This document shows, one piece after another, positions 50,426-59,899 of a stretch of 64,000 nucleotides of DNA. A program made the translations under genes and the position numbers. Source of the DNA: Nitrosopumilales archaeon. GTDB lineage: Archaea > Thermoproteota > Nitrososphaeria > Nitrososphaerales > Nitrososphaeraceae. The stretch covers positions 8,022 through 72,021 of the forward strand of contig JBIQJB010000008.1 of the NCBI GenBank assembly GCA_044507735.1, given 5' to 3'. The notes beneath the pieces were generated by a model, which saw nothing but the letters and a program-made list of their open reading frames with translations, searched no databases and was not told where the DNA came from. The first letter of the stretch is position 1, and every line of letters starts with the position of its first letter.

Positions 50426-51271
50426 CTAGTGCTGCGAAATGGACGTCTCCTGCAGCCTAGCCTTTCTGGCAGCAGACCTCCAGCCCAAAATGGCCAGGAA
50501 TACGGCGATTGTGATCAGGACTATTGTGCCACCGGGTGCGGCATTGATGGCATATGATACGATTATGCCAGTTACAACTGAAAATACCGAGATCGATATC
50601 GAGATCAGCATTGTCTTCTTGAAGCCCTTGCCCAGCATCATTGCAGAGATGCTTGGAATGACTATGAGGGACGAGATCAGCAAAATCCCCACGAGCCTAA
50701 TTGACGCTATCACCGTTATGCTGGCGATGACAATAAAGAGATAGCTCAGCTTTGATACTTGCAGGCCGCTTACTCTGGCCTGCTCCTCGTCAAACGACAT
50801 GTACAGCAATTTCCTGTAGAGCAGAGCTATCGAAGCCAGCACTCCCACTGTTATGAGCAGGATCGTCAGAATGTCTTCGTTGGTTACAAGCAATATGCTC
50901 CCAAACAAGAAACTGAAGAGATTGACAGAGAGGCCGCCGTCATCCAGGCTCACCAGAACTACTCCCAGCGCAAGTCCTGACGAGAGCAGCACAGCCACGG
51001 CCGAGTCTGCCGGAATCTTTGTGGACTGCCTCAGCTTGGTAACTCCAAGCGCACCAAGAACAGAGACTCCGAATGCAACCCACATAGGGTATACGTTACT
51101 GATGAGCCCTACTGCAATGCCGCCAAAGGCCATGTGCGAAAGCGCGTCGCCAAAGAGCGACTGTCGCCGCAGCACCAGAAAAATGCCCACTGCGGAGCAG
51201 ATCACTGCTATCGCTACGCCGGTAATGAGTGCTCGCTGCACAAACGTGACCTGAAGGATTTCAAGCACCAT
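50426..51271 (-). CDS. znuB: Zn/Mn ABC transporter permease
   Basis: GDALSH, LFGSIL, FDEEQARVSG. Confidence 0.93.
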   Translation of the reverse strand: MVLEILQVTFVQRALITGVAIAVICSAVGIFLVLRRQSLFGDALSHMAFGGIAVGLISNVYPMWVAFGVSVLGALGVTKLRQSTKIPADSAVAVLLSSGLALGVVLVSLDDGGLSVNLFSFLFGSILLVTNEDILTILLITVGVLASIALLYRKLLYMSFDEEQARVSGLQVSKLSYLFIVIASITVIASIRLVGILLISSLIVIPSISAMMLGKGFKKTMLISISISVFSVVTGIIVSYAINAAPGGTIVLITIAVFLAILGWRSAARKARLQETSISQH

Positions 51272-51274
51272 TTC

Positions 51275-52015
51275 CTATCTGTTGCCTTGGTGTGAATGCA
51301 GGTGCATGTGACTCTGCATGCTTGACTCGGAATACTTTTTCAGCAGCTCTTCATCCTCGAAAAAGTGATGCGCGTCGCCATGGAAGAACATGCTTCTGTT
51401 TATGCACGCTACTTTGTTTGCAAGATTGTTAACTGCATCAAGGTCGTGCGATGACAGGATTATCGTTATTTTCTTCTCCTGGTTCAGTTTTTTCACAAGC
51501 GAATAGAACCTGTTTTGCATCTCTACGTCTATTCCTGTGGCCGGCTCGTCCATTATGAGCAGGCGCGGCTCGTTTACGAGCGCCTTTGCGATAAGGGCCC
51601 TTTGCTGCTGGCCGCCGGAGAGCTCGCCTATCCTCCTGTTCTTTTCTGCGGCAAGACCGACAATCTCAAGTGCCGATTCAATCTTTTCTTTTGAGGGCTT
51701 GCCGGCAACCATCCCAAGAGAAACTATCTCTGCGACCGTGGCAGGAAACCCGCGGTCGATCGAACTTTTCTGTGGGACGTAGCCCATCTGCCTGAAAACC
51801 TTGCGATTCTTCTTGATATCCTCGCCAAAGATCGTGATCTTGCCCTGATAGTCCTGCAGGAGTCCTAGCATGCAGCTAAAAAGCGTGGTCTTGCCGGCGC
51901 CATTTGGGCCTATCATGCCCATAATGTCTCCCTCGTCTACCGAGAAAGAGATGTTGTCCAGCGCGATGCCATGCTCGTACTTGTACGAGACCTTTTCGAC
52001 ATTGACTACCTGCAC
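51275..52015 (-). CDS. znuC: Zn/Mn ABC transporter ATPase
   Basis: GPNGAGKTT, LSGGQQQR, DEP, SHD; His-rich tail. Confidence 0.93.
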   Translation of the reverse strand: MQVVNVEKVSYKYEHGIALDNISFSVDEGDIMGMIGPNGAGKTTLFSCMLGLLQDYQGKITIFGEDIKKNRKVFRQMGYVPQKSSIDRGFPATVAEIVSLGMVAGKPSKEKIESALEIVGLAAEKNRRIGELSGGQQQRALIAKALVNEPRLLIMDEPATGIDVEMQNRFYSLVKKLNQEKKITIILSSHDLDAVNNLANKVACINRSMFFHGDAHHFFEDEELLKKYSESSMQSHMHLHSHQGNR

Positions 52016-52923
52016 TTCAGTCCCGCCTTCAGGTTAACCAGATTCTGCTCCATCTTGTCGATGTATCCAAGCCCAGCACGCAGTTCTTCATCATCCAATC
52101 CCTCAATGGGACTTAGAACCAGGACTTTGCCACCGGGAATCTCTGATGCGATGATCTCTGCTAGGCGCGGGTCCACCAACTCTTCCGCGTATATCGTATC
52201 GAGTTTTAATTCGTTTGCTAGATTGACCACTTCCTGCAAGCGCTGCGGTGCAATTTCGCCCTCAGGCAATCCACCATGTACAGCATGCTGGGTCAAGCCG
52301 TATCTGTTTGCAAAGTAGCTAAATGCGTTGTGGAATGCAATAAAGTCCTGCTTCTCGCATTCTGAAAGCTCGGATCTTATCGACGCGTCAAGTGCGTCAA
52401 GCTCTGCCGTGAATCTGGCTGCGTTGTCGTTGTAGTACTGCGCATTTTCGGGATCTACCTTGACAAAGCCGTCGCGGATCTTTTCCACCTGCTGCTTTGC
52501 CAGCACTGGATCGAGCCAGATATGCGAATCAAAGGCCCCGCGCCTCTCCCCCTCCAAAAGGTCCAGCCCGCTGCTTGCATCGACGGCGGCTTTGGCACCT
52601 ATGTCGCGTGCCCAGCTCTCAAAGCCGACGCCATTAAAGATGAAGAGGTCTGCAGATTGGGCATCCGAAATTTGCCTTATGGTCGGCTCCCAGTCGTGCG
52701 GCTCAACTCCAGCTGGCACCATGGATGTCACATCTGCCCTGTCTCCCCCAACCTGCCTTGCAAAATCATAAAGCGGAAAGAATGACGCGACAACTCTTAT
52801 TTTTTGATCTCCTGCGACTTCAGGCGTGACGTCATTTGGAGTGTCATCAGTCATTATTGTAAAGGGTATAACTACCGCAACAGCGGCTGCTGCCGCTATT
52901 CCGATTATGATTTTATCATCCAT
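52006..52923 (-). CDS. znuA: Zn/Mn ABC transporter substrate-binding protein (cluster A-I)
   Basis: EPHDWEP, DSHIWLDP, FHNAFSY, C-terminal IE. Confidence 0.93.
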   Translation of the reverse strand: MDDKIIIGIAAAAAVAVVIPFTIMTDDTPNDVTPEVAGDQKIRVVASFFPLYDFARQVGGDRADVTSMVPAGVEPHDWEPTIRQISDAQSADLFIFNGVGFESWARDIGAKAAVDASSGLDLLEGERRGAFDSHIWLDPVLAKQQVEKIRDGFVKVDPENAQYYNDNAARFTAELDALDASIRSELSECEKQDFIAFHNAFSYFANRYGLTQHAVHGGLPEGEIAPQRLQEVVNLANELKLDTIYAEELVDPRLAEIIASEIPGGKVLVLSPIEGLDDEELRAGLGYIDKMEQNLVNLKAGLKCR

Positions 52924-52938
52924 GCGTCATCTTTCGGG

Positions 52939-52969
52939 GTTATTAAGAATATATAGTTTCGTTAATAAC
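52939..52969. promoter_or_regulatory. Operator palindrome 1 (znu promoter)
   Basis: GTTATTAA-N15-TTAATAAC flanking a tatata element. Confidence 0.75.
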
Positions 52970-53083
52970 ATATACTAAACAATATATAAGCAACTTAATA
53001 ATCGAGCAGGGCAGACCATGCACATTTGGCTTGAGATCGCGTCCTCCTCCGATGGCTGCGCTCTCCCATGCGCAGACCTCTTG

Positions 53084-53114
53084 ATTATTAAATTTCTGCA
53101 AGGTTTTTAATAAT
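53084..53114. promoter_or_regulatory. Operator palindrome 2 (upstream of the nikR-like gene)
   Basis: ATTATTAA-N15-TTAATAAT. Confidence 0.75.
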
Positions 53115-53157
53115 AAATACGGTTTATTTATAAATGAGTTAATAATACGATAATCTG

Positions 53158-53541
53158 TTGACGATAGTATCTGTTTCGCTTAACGATGAAATTCTGCGAG
53201 AGATTGACAAGCTGCAAAAGGCTCTAGGCTTCTCCGGCAGATCAGAAATTGTAAGGGCAGGCATAAGGAGTCTACTTGCAGAAGAAAGAGACAGGCAGAA
53301 TTTGTCAGGGCGCATCTTTGCCGTATTGCTGGTCATACATGACGAAAAGTCAGACGACCAGGTTACTGAAATGGGACATGACTATGACAAGGTGATAAGC
53401 ACGCACATACACAACAAGATCGGAGGCGACAAGTGCTTGGAGATATTCCTGCTGAAGGGCGATGCAGAAGAAATAACAGACATGACCAAAAAGTTCCAGT
53501 CTAACAAAAAGACGGATTACGTAAAGCTGATCGCGATGTAG
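53158..53541 (+). CDS. nikR: NikR-family (CopG RHH + ACT) metal-responsive regulator
   Basis: IVSVSL..GFSGRSEIVR; HDY..STHIHNK..KCLEI..LKG. Confidence 0.88.
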   Translation: MTIVSVSLNDEILREIDKLQKALGFSGRSEIVRAGIRSLLAEERDRQNLSGRIFAVLLVIHDEKSDDQVTEMGHDYDKVISTHIHNKIGGDKCLEIFLLKGDAEEITDMTKKFQSNKKTDYVKLIAM

Positions 53542-53724
53542 CGCTCCTTCCACTCTTGTACTGAATTTTAACGTCTATTTTTCGGATATTCACCGGTGCC
53601 AGAAGGCGTGCAGAATGTGCTCCTGCTTCCTGCAGGACTGCGGCACAGGAAAAACTCTATCGTTCCTTACAACAACAGAAAACGATGACGATTATGCGGG
53701 TGAAAAAGAAGAGGTTAGGTCAGG

Positions 53725-54291
53725 TTAGAAGCCGCCGAAATCTCCGAAATCCCCAAAGTCGCCTCCAAAGTCTCCTCCAGAGTCTCCTTCGGCGCCTGCC
53801 GCTTCTCCGCCGCCGTCTGCTGCTGCAGCACCTCCTTCGGCTCCAGCAAGCCCGCTCTCAGCTGGGGTCATGGCCATGCCCATCATCGACATCATGGACA
53901 TAAAGAACATGGCATTCATGATGCCAGAGAAGAGCATCAGCGGCAACCACATCCTGTTGCTGTCCATGTAGTTCTGCAGCTGCTGCGTCTGGCCGTTGCT
54001 GTACCACTGCTGTATCTGCTGAGCCTGCTTCTCAAGCTCTAGCTTTTTCGCGTTGAGCAGCTGGAGGCCGGTGTGGCTGATGGCATACTCCATCTTTTTC
54101 CCTCCGAAAAAGCTCTTCTTCTCGGTGCCGATGATCAGCCTCTGCGTCATCAAATCGTTAACTATCAGCTCTACCTCTGGCTTGCTCAGCCTAGTTACCT
54201 TGGCAATCTTGTCAACGGTCTTCATGCCCCTTGCTATCGCGTCCAGAACCATAAAGTGATTCGGGCTCTCGTTGACTCGTATGTTTGACAT
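53725..54291 (-). CDS. Winged-helix protein with Met-rich hydrophobic segment and Gly-rich tail
   Basis: VLDAIARG...KIAKVT...LIIG...YAIS; MMSMMGM; GGDFGG. Confidence 0.8.
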   Translation of the reverse strand: MSNIRVNESPNHFMVLDAIARGMKTVDKIAKVTRLSKPEVELIVNDLMTQRLIIGTEKKSFFGGKKMEYAISHTGLQLLNAKKLELEKQAQQIQQWYSNGQTQQLQNYMDSNRMWLPLMLFSGIMNAMFFMSMMSMMGMAMTPAESGLAGAEGGAAAADGGGEAAGAEGDSGGDFGGDFGDFGDFGGF

Positions 54292-54665
54292 TACAGTGTT
54301 ACAATGTGCGTGGCAGTATTTTAACTATAATCTTCAACCCGGTTGTTGCTCGGTTTGCTGCCATCGTACAACATCCAGCGTCCTCATCCTACTGTTTCTT
54401 CAACAACTCCTTTGGATCCCTGCAAGGCGCGTATATCCACCGGTACCAGTAATAGCAACACCATCGTCGATTTCAACAACCATCGCTGGAGGAGGTGCTT
54501 TCATGGCTCTGCTGTATCAGTCCCGCGCGAGAAAGAGGTCGCCGGTGTTTTTCTTTAATTTAATTTCATTTCATTCTGCAGGAGCAAATTGACCTGTGAT
54601 AGAAGAAATGTTATCAGAAGCTGAACAGCAAAAAGGAAAAGAAGGAAAAGAAAAGGGCGGTCAGG

Positions 54666-57419
54666 TTAGCCCGAGCCGCAGCCGCTAAAGCCGCACTCGA
54701 TGCACACGTTGCATCCTTCGGTGATTATCAGCTTCGCGTTGCAGGTTGGGCAGTGGTCCTCGTTTGAGTCCATCATGGCTGCTGCCGCCATCTGATGGTG
54801 TGCCCCTCCTGTTGTTGACGGCTTTTTCATTTCTGCTGTTTGAGCAGTCTGGGGAGCAGCTGCTGCTGTCTGAACCACTGGTTTTTCCTCCTCTTCCACG
54901 CCAGATTCCTTGAATATCTTTTGCATCTGCTCCAGGACGTATGGTTCCTTGATGTTTGCGTTAACATAGTCAACTATGTACCTGCTCGGCTTTACCGCAA
55001 ACGCCTTTTCGCCCGTGTTCTTGCCTGTGATGTGCAGCACTTGCTCGTGGCGCGAGCCGTCCCTGAACACAGTCACACCTTTGAGTCCGAGCTCATGGGA
55101 CAGCAGGTAGGCGCATTTCACATCCTCGGCAGTCACGTCGCCGGGCATGTTGATCGTCTTTGCTATTGCGTTGCTTATCCATTTCTGCCATACAGCCTGG
55201 GCCATCACGTGGTCGGTCCAGTGGATGTCGATAGCAGTGACGAATATGCGCTGCATCCACTCCGGGATCTCGGGGATGCCGCGGACAGAGCCATAGTTGT
55301 TTGCAACCTTGGTCAATATCTCGTCGTTGTAGAGGCCGTTCTCCTTGAGCGCGTTCTCAAACACCTTGTCGGTGTAGAAGAACCTGCCCACTGTCACGCG
55401 CTTCTCGTATACAAGCGCAAACACCGGCTCGACTCCGTTTGCAGTGTCGGCAATCATTGACAGCGTGCCTGTCGGAGCGATTGTCGATGTCCATGAGTTG
55501 CGGATGCCGTGCTTCTTTATCTTTTCAACCAGAGTGTCCCAGTCGTATGTGTGGGTTTCCTTTGGCAGCTCGTAATAGCCTGCCACGGGGATGCGGCCCT
55601 TGACGTAGTCGCTCTCGCCGAACATCGGGAATGGACCGCGTGTCCTTGCAATCGCCACGCTCTCTTCCATGCTGATGTATGATACGGCCTCTGCGAGCTT
55701 GTTCATGAATTCATAGCCGTCCTTAGAGTTGTATGGAACCTTGAGCAGGAACAGCAGGTCGGCGATTCCCATGATGCCAAGACCGATCCTCCTTGTTTCC
55801 TTCGTGGCAACCCTGATCTCGTCCACCGGATACTTGTTCATGTCAATGATGTTGTCGAGGAACCTTGTGGCCAGCCTGATCGCCTGCTCGTAGCGCTGCC
55901 AGTCAAACTCGTAGGCGCCATCTGCCTTGCGCTTGACAAAGTTGGCGAGGTTTATCGAGCCGAGGTTGCACGACTCGTACGGGTACAGCGACTGCTCGCC
56001 GCACGGGTTTGTGGCTCGCAGCGGGCCGTGCCTTGCGTTGATCATAGGGTTGTACTTGTTGATGTTGTCAAAGAATATCACTCCCGGCTCTGCGCTCTTC
56101 CATGCGCTCAGCGCGATCAGGTCGATGAGCTGCTGCGCGTCTATCTGCCTCATTGGCGCCCTGTTCCTCGGGCTGCGCAGCGTATACTTGTGATTGCCTT
56201 CCTTGTTCACCAGCGCCTGCCAGAAATCCTCCCAGATGCCTACAGAGACGTTAAAGTTCTCAAAGACTCCGGGCTTTGTCTTGGCAGTGACAAACTTTTC
56301 GATGTCTGGGTGCCACGCTTCGAGTATGCCCATGTTGGCGCCCCTGCGCTTGCCTCCCTGCTTGACAACATTGGTGATGGTGTCAATGATGTTCATGAAG
56401 GAGACTGGACCCGATGCGACGCCGGATGTTGAAGCGACAATGTCGCCTTCTGGCCGCAGGTCAGAGTAGTTGATGCCAACTCCACCGCCCGACTTGAAGA
56501 TCATCGCAGCATCTGTTGACGACTTCATGATGCCTGCCATGTCATCCGGCATGCTGAGCACAAAACACGCTGACAGTTGCCCCAGCCTTGCGCCTGCGTT
56601 CATCAGCGTAGGCGTGTTTGGCAGAAAGTCACGTGACACCATAAGGTTGTAGTATGCCTTGATCTGCTCTTCATACTGTGCCATCTTGCCCTCTGCAATG
56701 AGCCTGAGCAGGTCCTTGAAGCTGATCTTCATTTGGCCCTGCTGCGCGCAGTGGATGTAATGGCGTATGATGGCTTCAAAGTGGTACTTGTTAAGATAGT
56801 AAGAGCCGATGTGCAGTTTGTTGTCAAAGTCGTCCAGTTTTGAATAGTAGCGCTCGGCTTCCTCGATGCTCTGCGTGTGGCCGCCAGCAAGGTTGAACAC
56901 GGCGGGATCGTGCATGACATCGGCTATTGCGACCAGCGTAGCGACGCGCTCGAACATCTGCTTTGGGCCCTCGATTATCTCGTTGTTGCCGTCCCTCAGC
57001 AGGTAGCGGGCTGCAAGCACTCTCAGTGAGTTGAGGTCAAACGCCTTGTCTACCTCGTCCAGGTCCCGCTTGTTGAGGACTTTCATCTTTTCATCTCTCA
57101 GCTTGCGCCTCTCGTGCCTGTAGAGTATGTAGGCCTTTGCCGTCTCTGACAGCCCTTCCTCTATCAGTATCGACTCCACCATGTCTTGTACGTCTTCCAC
57201 GCTTGGAACAACCGTCTTTTCGCCCTGGACCATCCTCTGGACTACCCTGGCAGCTAGTCTTTCTGCTAGCGGATAATCCGGTTTGCCAGTTGCAACCAGT
57301 GCCTTGTATATGGCATTGGAAATTTTTGACTGTTCAAAGTTTACGACGCGTCCATCACGCTTGCGTATCTGCGCGATTAGTTCCTTGGAATTATTATTAA
57401 ATTCAGTAACTCCCGCCAT
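54666..57419 (-). CDS. nrdJ: Class II (adenosylcobalamin-dependent) ribonucleotide reductase with N-terminal ATP cone
   Basis: IRKRDGRVVNF..KI ATP cone; PNTPTLMNAG, LSACFV, RRGANMG, TNPCGEQ..ESCNLG, IAPTGT; C-terminal Cys motifs. Confidence 0.97.
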   Translation of the reverse strand: MAGVTEFNNNSKELIAQIRKRDGRVVNFEQSKISNAIYKALVATGKPDYPLAERLAARVVQRMVQGEKTVVPSVEDVQDMVESILIEEGLSETAKAYILYRHERRKLRDEKMKVLNKRDLDEVDKAFDLNSLRVLAARYLLRDGNNEIIEGPKQMFERVATLVAIADVMHDPAVFNLAGGHTQSIEEAERYYSKLDDFDNKLHIGSYYLNKYHFEAIIRHYIHCAQQGQMKISFKDLLRLIAEGKMAQYEEQIKAYYNLMVSRDFLPNTPTLMNAGARLGQLSACFVLSMPDDMAGIMKSSTDAAMIFKSGGGVGINYSDLRPEGDIVASTSGVASGPVSFMNIIDTITNVVKQGGKRRGANMGILEAWHPDIEKFVTAKTKPGVFENFNVSVGIWEDFWQALVNKEGNHKYTLRSPRNRAPMRQIDAQQLIDLIALSAWKSAEPGVIFFDNINKYNPMINARHGPLRATNPCGEQSLYPYESCNLGSINLANFVKRKADGAYEFDWQRYEQAIRLATRFLDNIIDMNKYPVDEIRVATKETRRIGLGIMGIADLLFLLKVPYNSKDGYEFMNKLAEAVSYISMEESVAIARTRGPFPMFGESDYVKGRIPVAGYYELPKETHTYDWDTLVEKIKKHGIRNSWTSTIAPTGTLSMIADTANGVEPVFALVYEKRVTVGRFFYTDKVFENALKENGLYNDEILTKVANNYGSVRGIPEIPEWMQRIFVTAIDIHWTDHVMAQAVWQKWISNAIAKTINMPGDVTAEDVKCAYLLSHELGLKGVTVFRDGSRHEQVLHITGKNTGEKAFAVKPSRYIVDYVNANIKEPYVLEQMQKIFKESGVEEEEKPVVQTAAAAPQTAQTAEMKKPSTTGGAHHQMAAAAMMDSNEDHCPTCNAKLIITEGCNVCIECGFSGCGSG

Positions 57420-57703
57420 CCCGCACTATACCATAAACCACTAGTACTTATATCTTTTAGATAAAGAAGTGTACTCATTAATCAGCATAAGTGTACCTTT
57501 CCAATAATAAAGTAAAACCAAGCTGAAATCCGAGTACAGGAGTATAATATTTCCAATAATTGAAAAGAAAGTTCTGCAATTACAAAATCTGCAAACGTCG
57601 GCATCCTGTTTACGTTATCATCATAATTCTGAAAAAGAATGATGATGCGGCGCGGCAGCAGCAGCTGTTGCAGTCGCAGTTGCTGCTGCCGCTGTTGTCG
57701 AAA

Positions 57704-59782
57704 TTACGAGTACACTGCCAGCTTGTGCGGCGACTTGCAGTGCTCGCACTTTTCTGCAGCAGCTTTTGACCGTCTGCCGCATGTAGCGCACACTGAAAGC
57801 CTGATGCGGGGGCGGAGGAACGGCAGCTCTGATGCTGCTTCAAGCGCGCCCTTTATGTCGGCAGCTGTCTCCAGGTCGGTGACGTCCAGGCTGGCCACAA
57901 AGCCTCCGTTCAGCTGTTTGTCTATTGCCATGCACTCCTGGATTGCAGCCCTGTCTGAGAGGATCTCCCTGCCATTGAGCGTCATTCCCTGGGAATAGCT
58001 GGTGGTATTCTGGGATTGCAGGAGCGAGACCTTGCCGTACTTCTCCGAGTCGAGGCTGGCAAACCTTGTGCCGCTGTTGTCAGCGACCATCGAGATGCCC
58101 GCTCCCTCCTCGCCAAGCGGCTTGGCCTGCGTGGCAGCGACTTCGACCGCTGTCTTCAGGACCTTCTGCAGTATGTCGCCAGAAGACTCGCCAAGTATGT
58201 TGTAGACAGACTCCCTTGTACCCGTAAGGTTGATCACTATTGCAGATGAACCGCGCTGCATTGACTGGGTCGCGCTTGCAAGCGATGGCAGCAGCCCCTT
58301 CTTGACATAGTCTACAATTGTCTTCTTGCGCACCGCCATTGCGGCAAGCGACGGCTTGATCATGAGCGCGAGCTTTGCTCGGAAGTATGTTTCGTCCTTG
58401 TTCGATTCATATGCTAGTCGCGGCAGATTTATCGAAAGCGAATGGAGTGACATCGTTGCGGGAGCGGCGCCACCTTTGCCTGCCTTGCGGATGCCGCTGC
58501 TTGCCCGCACGCCGCCCTTGCCCATCAAGACGATCCCTCCGCTACGCACCGCCGCAACGATGTGATCTAGGCTGTCGTTCACAGTGCCTGTCAGTGCCAG
58601 GCCGATCCTTGGCACCGGCGTGACATCCACGTATCTTTTGTAGCCGTCGAGCAGCGCGTTCAGCTGTCGGGCGTCAAGCTCGGGCACGACGATCGTTGTT
58701 GTCGGCATGCCGTTGGCAGAATGCGATGGAGCTGCGGATGAAGCAGACAGTGCCCTTGCAAAGCGTGATGAAATGTCTTCAGGGTCCTTGATGTTCTTTA
58801 GCAGCGATGGCACGATGCCTTCAAGCACGACTTCAGACGACGCTTCCCTTGACAGGAGTGATACCAGCGCAGGCAGAGCTGCAGCCACATCCTCCGAGCT
58901 CTTTATCGCGGGAATGCGGGTCACGCCCAGAAAGCGTCCCTTCAGATCAAGGCCTTCCTCGAGCTCAGACAGGTCAAGAAAGATTGTGTCGGGTAGCAGG
59001 CCCCATACGCCAGGGTTAGAGATGTTTATCTCGCCTGCAAGATGCATGTCTGCGATATCCTTTGGGAGGGTGTTGAAGATGAGATACTCGGAAAAGATCG
59101 AGCCGGCGGCCCTGGCCATCGCGGCGTCTACTGTAGCGCCCTCGGCCGAGAGCAATTCGACAATGTCTGACGACGGCAGCCCGTGGCGCGCAAGTTTGTT
59201 CCTATATTCTTCATGGCCGTGCTCTATTAGAACCGAGTTGACCGTCTCGCGTATTAGAGAAGACGTGAGGTAGGCGGTCTGGAACTTGTAGATCTTGTTC
59301 TCCACCTCTTCTGTGATCTTGTGTGCCTGTTCCAGAGGCAGGTTGGCCTCCCTCACAAGCGACTGGATTATCTTGTGGGAGTTGAACTCCTCGATGGTAT
59401 GCTTGCTCGTCCTGACATACATCTTGCCGCTCTCGATTATCGAGCGCTCCTCGATCTGCCTTGCCAGGCTCAGGACGAGCTTGCCAAGGTTGGTGATTGT
59501 GTAGCGGCGCTCTGTCTTGTTGAGAGAGACTAGCAGCTGCCTTAGCAGCTTTCTCAGGTGGTATGCGAACTTGCCTGACTCTTTCTTTGACTTAAAGCCG
59601 GCAAGCGCCTTGAGCTCGGAATAAGTGAGAGGCCCCTTTGTGTTGAGAATGCGCAGGATGTCGATCCTGTTCGGGCTGGCCATTACAGAGAAAATCATTC
59701 TTACACGCTTTGACGCAGATTCTAAGACTCCACCCTTCCTGGAATCTCTTGTTGATTGAGAGTCAAAACCCATCTGTTCCAT
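57704..59782 (-). CDS. ArsR-type wHTH + ATP cone + degenerate class III RNR (NrdD-like) domain + zinc ribbon
   Basis: ASPNRIDILRIL..FAYHLRKL; VRTS..EFNSHKI; LPKDIADMHLAGEI; SINLPRLA; CATC..CEHC; no glycyl-radical motif. Confidence 0.85.
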   Translation of the reverse strand: MEQMGFDSQSTRDSRKGGVLESASKRVRMIFSVMASPNRIDILRILNTKGPLTYSELKALAGFKSKKESGKFAYHLRKLLRQLLVSLNKTERRYTITNLGKLVLSLARQIEERSIIESGKMYVRTSKHTIEEFNSHKIIQSLVREANLPLEQAHKITEEVENKIYKFQTAYLTSSLIRETVNSVLIEHGHEEYRNKLARHGLPSSDIVELLSAEGATVDAAMARAAGSIFSEYLIFNTLPKDIADMHLAGEINISNPGVWGLLPDTIFLDLSELEEGLDLKGRFLGVTRIPAIKSSEDVAAALPALVSLLSREASSEVVLEGIVPSLLKNIKDPEDISSRFARALSASSAAPSHSANGMPTTTIVVPELDARQLNALLDGYKRYVDVTPVPRIGLALTGTVNDSLDHIVAAVRSGGIVLMGKGGVRASSGIRKAGKGGAAPATMSLHSLSINLPRLAYESNKDETYFRAKLALMIKPSLAAMAVRKKTIVDYVKKGLLPSLASATQSMQRGSSAIVINLTGTRESVYNILGESSGDILQKVLKTAVEVAATQAKPLGEEGAGISMVADNSGTRFASLDSEKYGKVSLLQSQNTTSYSQGMTLNGREILSDRAAIQECMAIDKQLNGGFVASLDVTDLETAADIKGALEAASELPFLRPRIRLSVCATCGRRSKAAAEKCEHCKSPHKLAVYS

Positions 59783-59899
59783 CGCACCCCGTTATCAAGG
59801 TAAATGATTAAAACACCTTTGTAAAATATTTTTTACTAACAGTACGATCGGCCCTACTTGGGCCAATTGACCTTTTGGTCAATTATCTTAGCTCTTGCT

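Noticed and set aside
54666-57419. Intein in nrdJ
   Set aside because: NPCGEQ and other common insertion sites are contiguous; the ~90-aa insert lacks intein-type termini and LAGLIDADG motifs
57704-59782. Active anaerobic ribonucleotide reductase nrdD
   Set aside because: No glycyl-radical motif, no candidate catalytic Cys and no activase nearby
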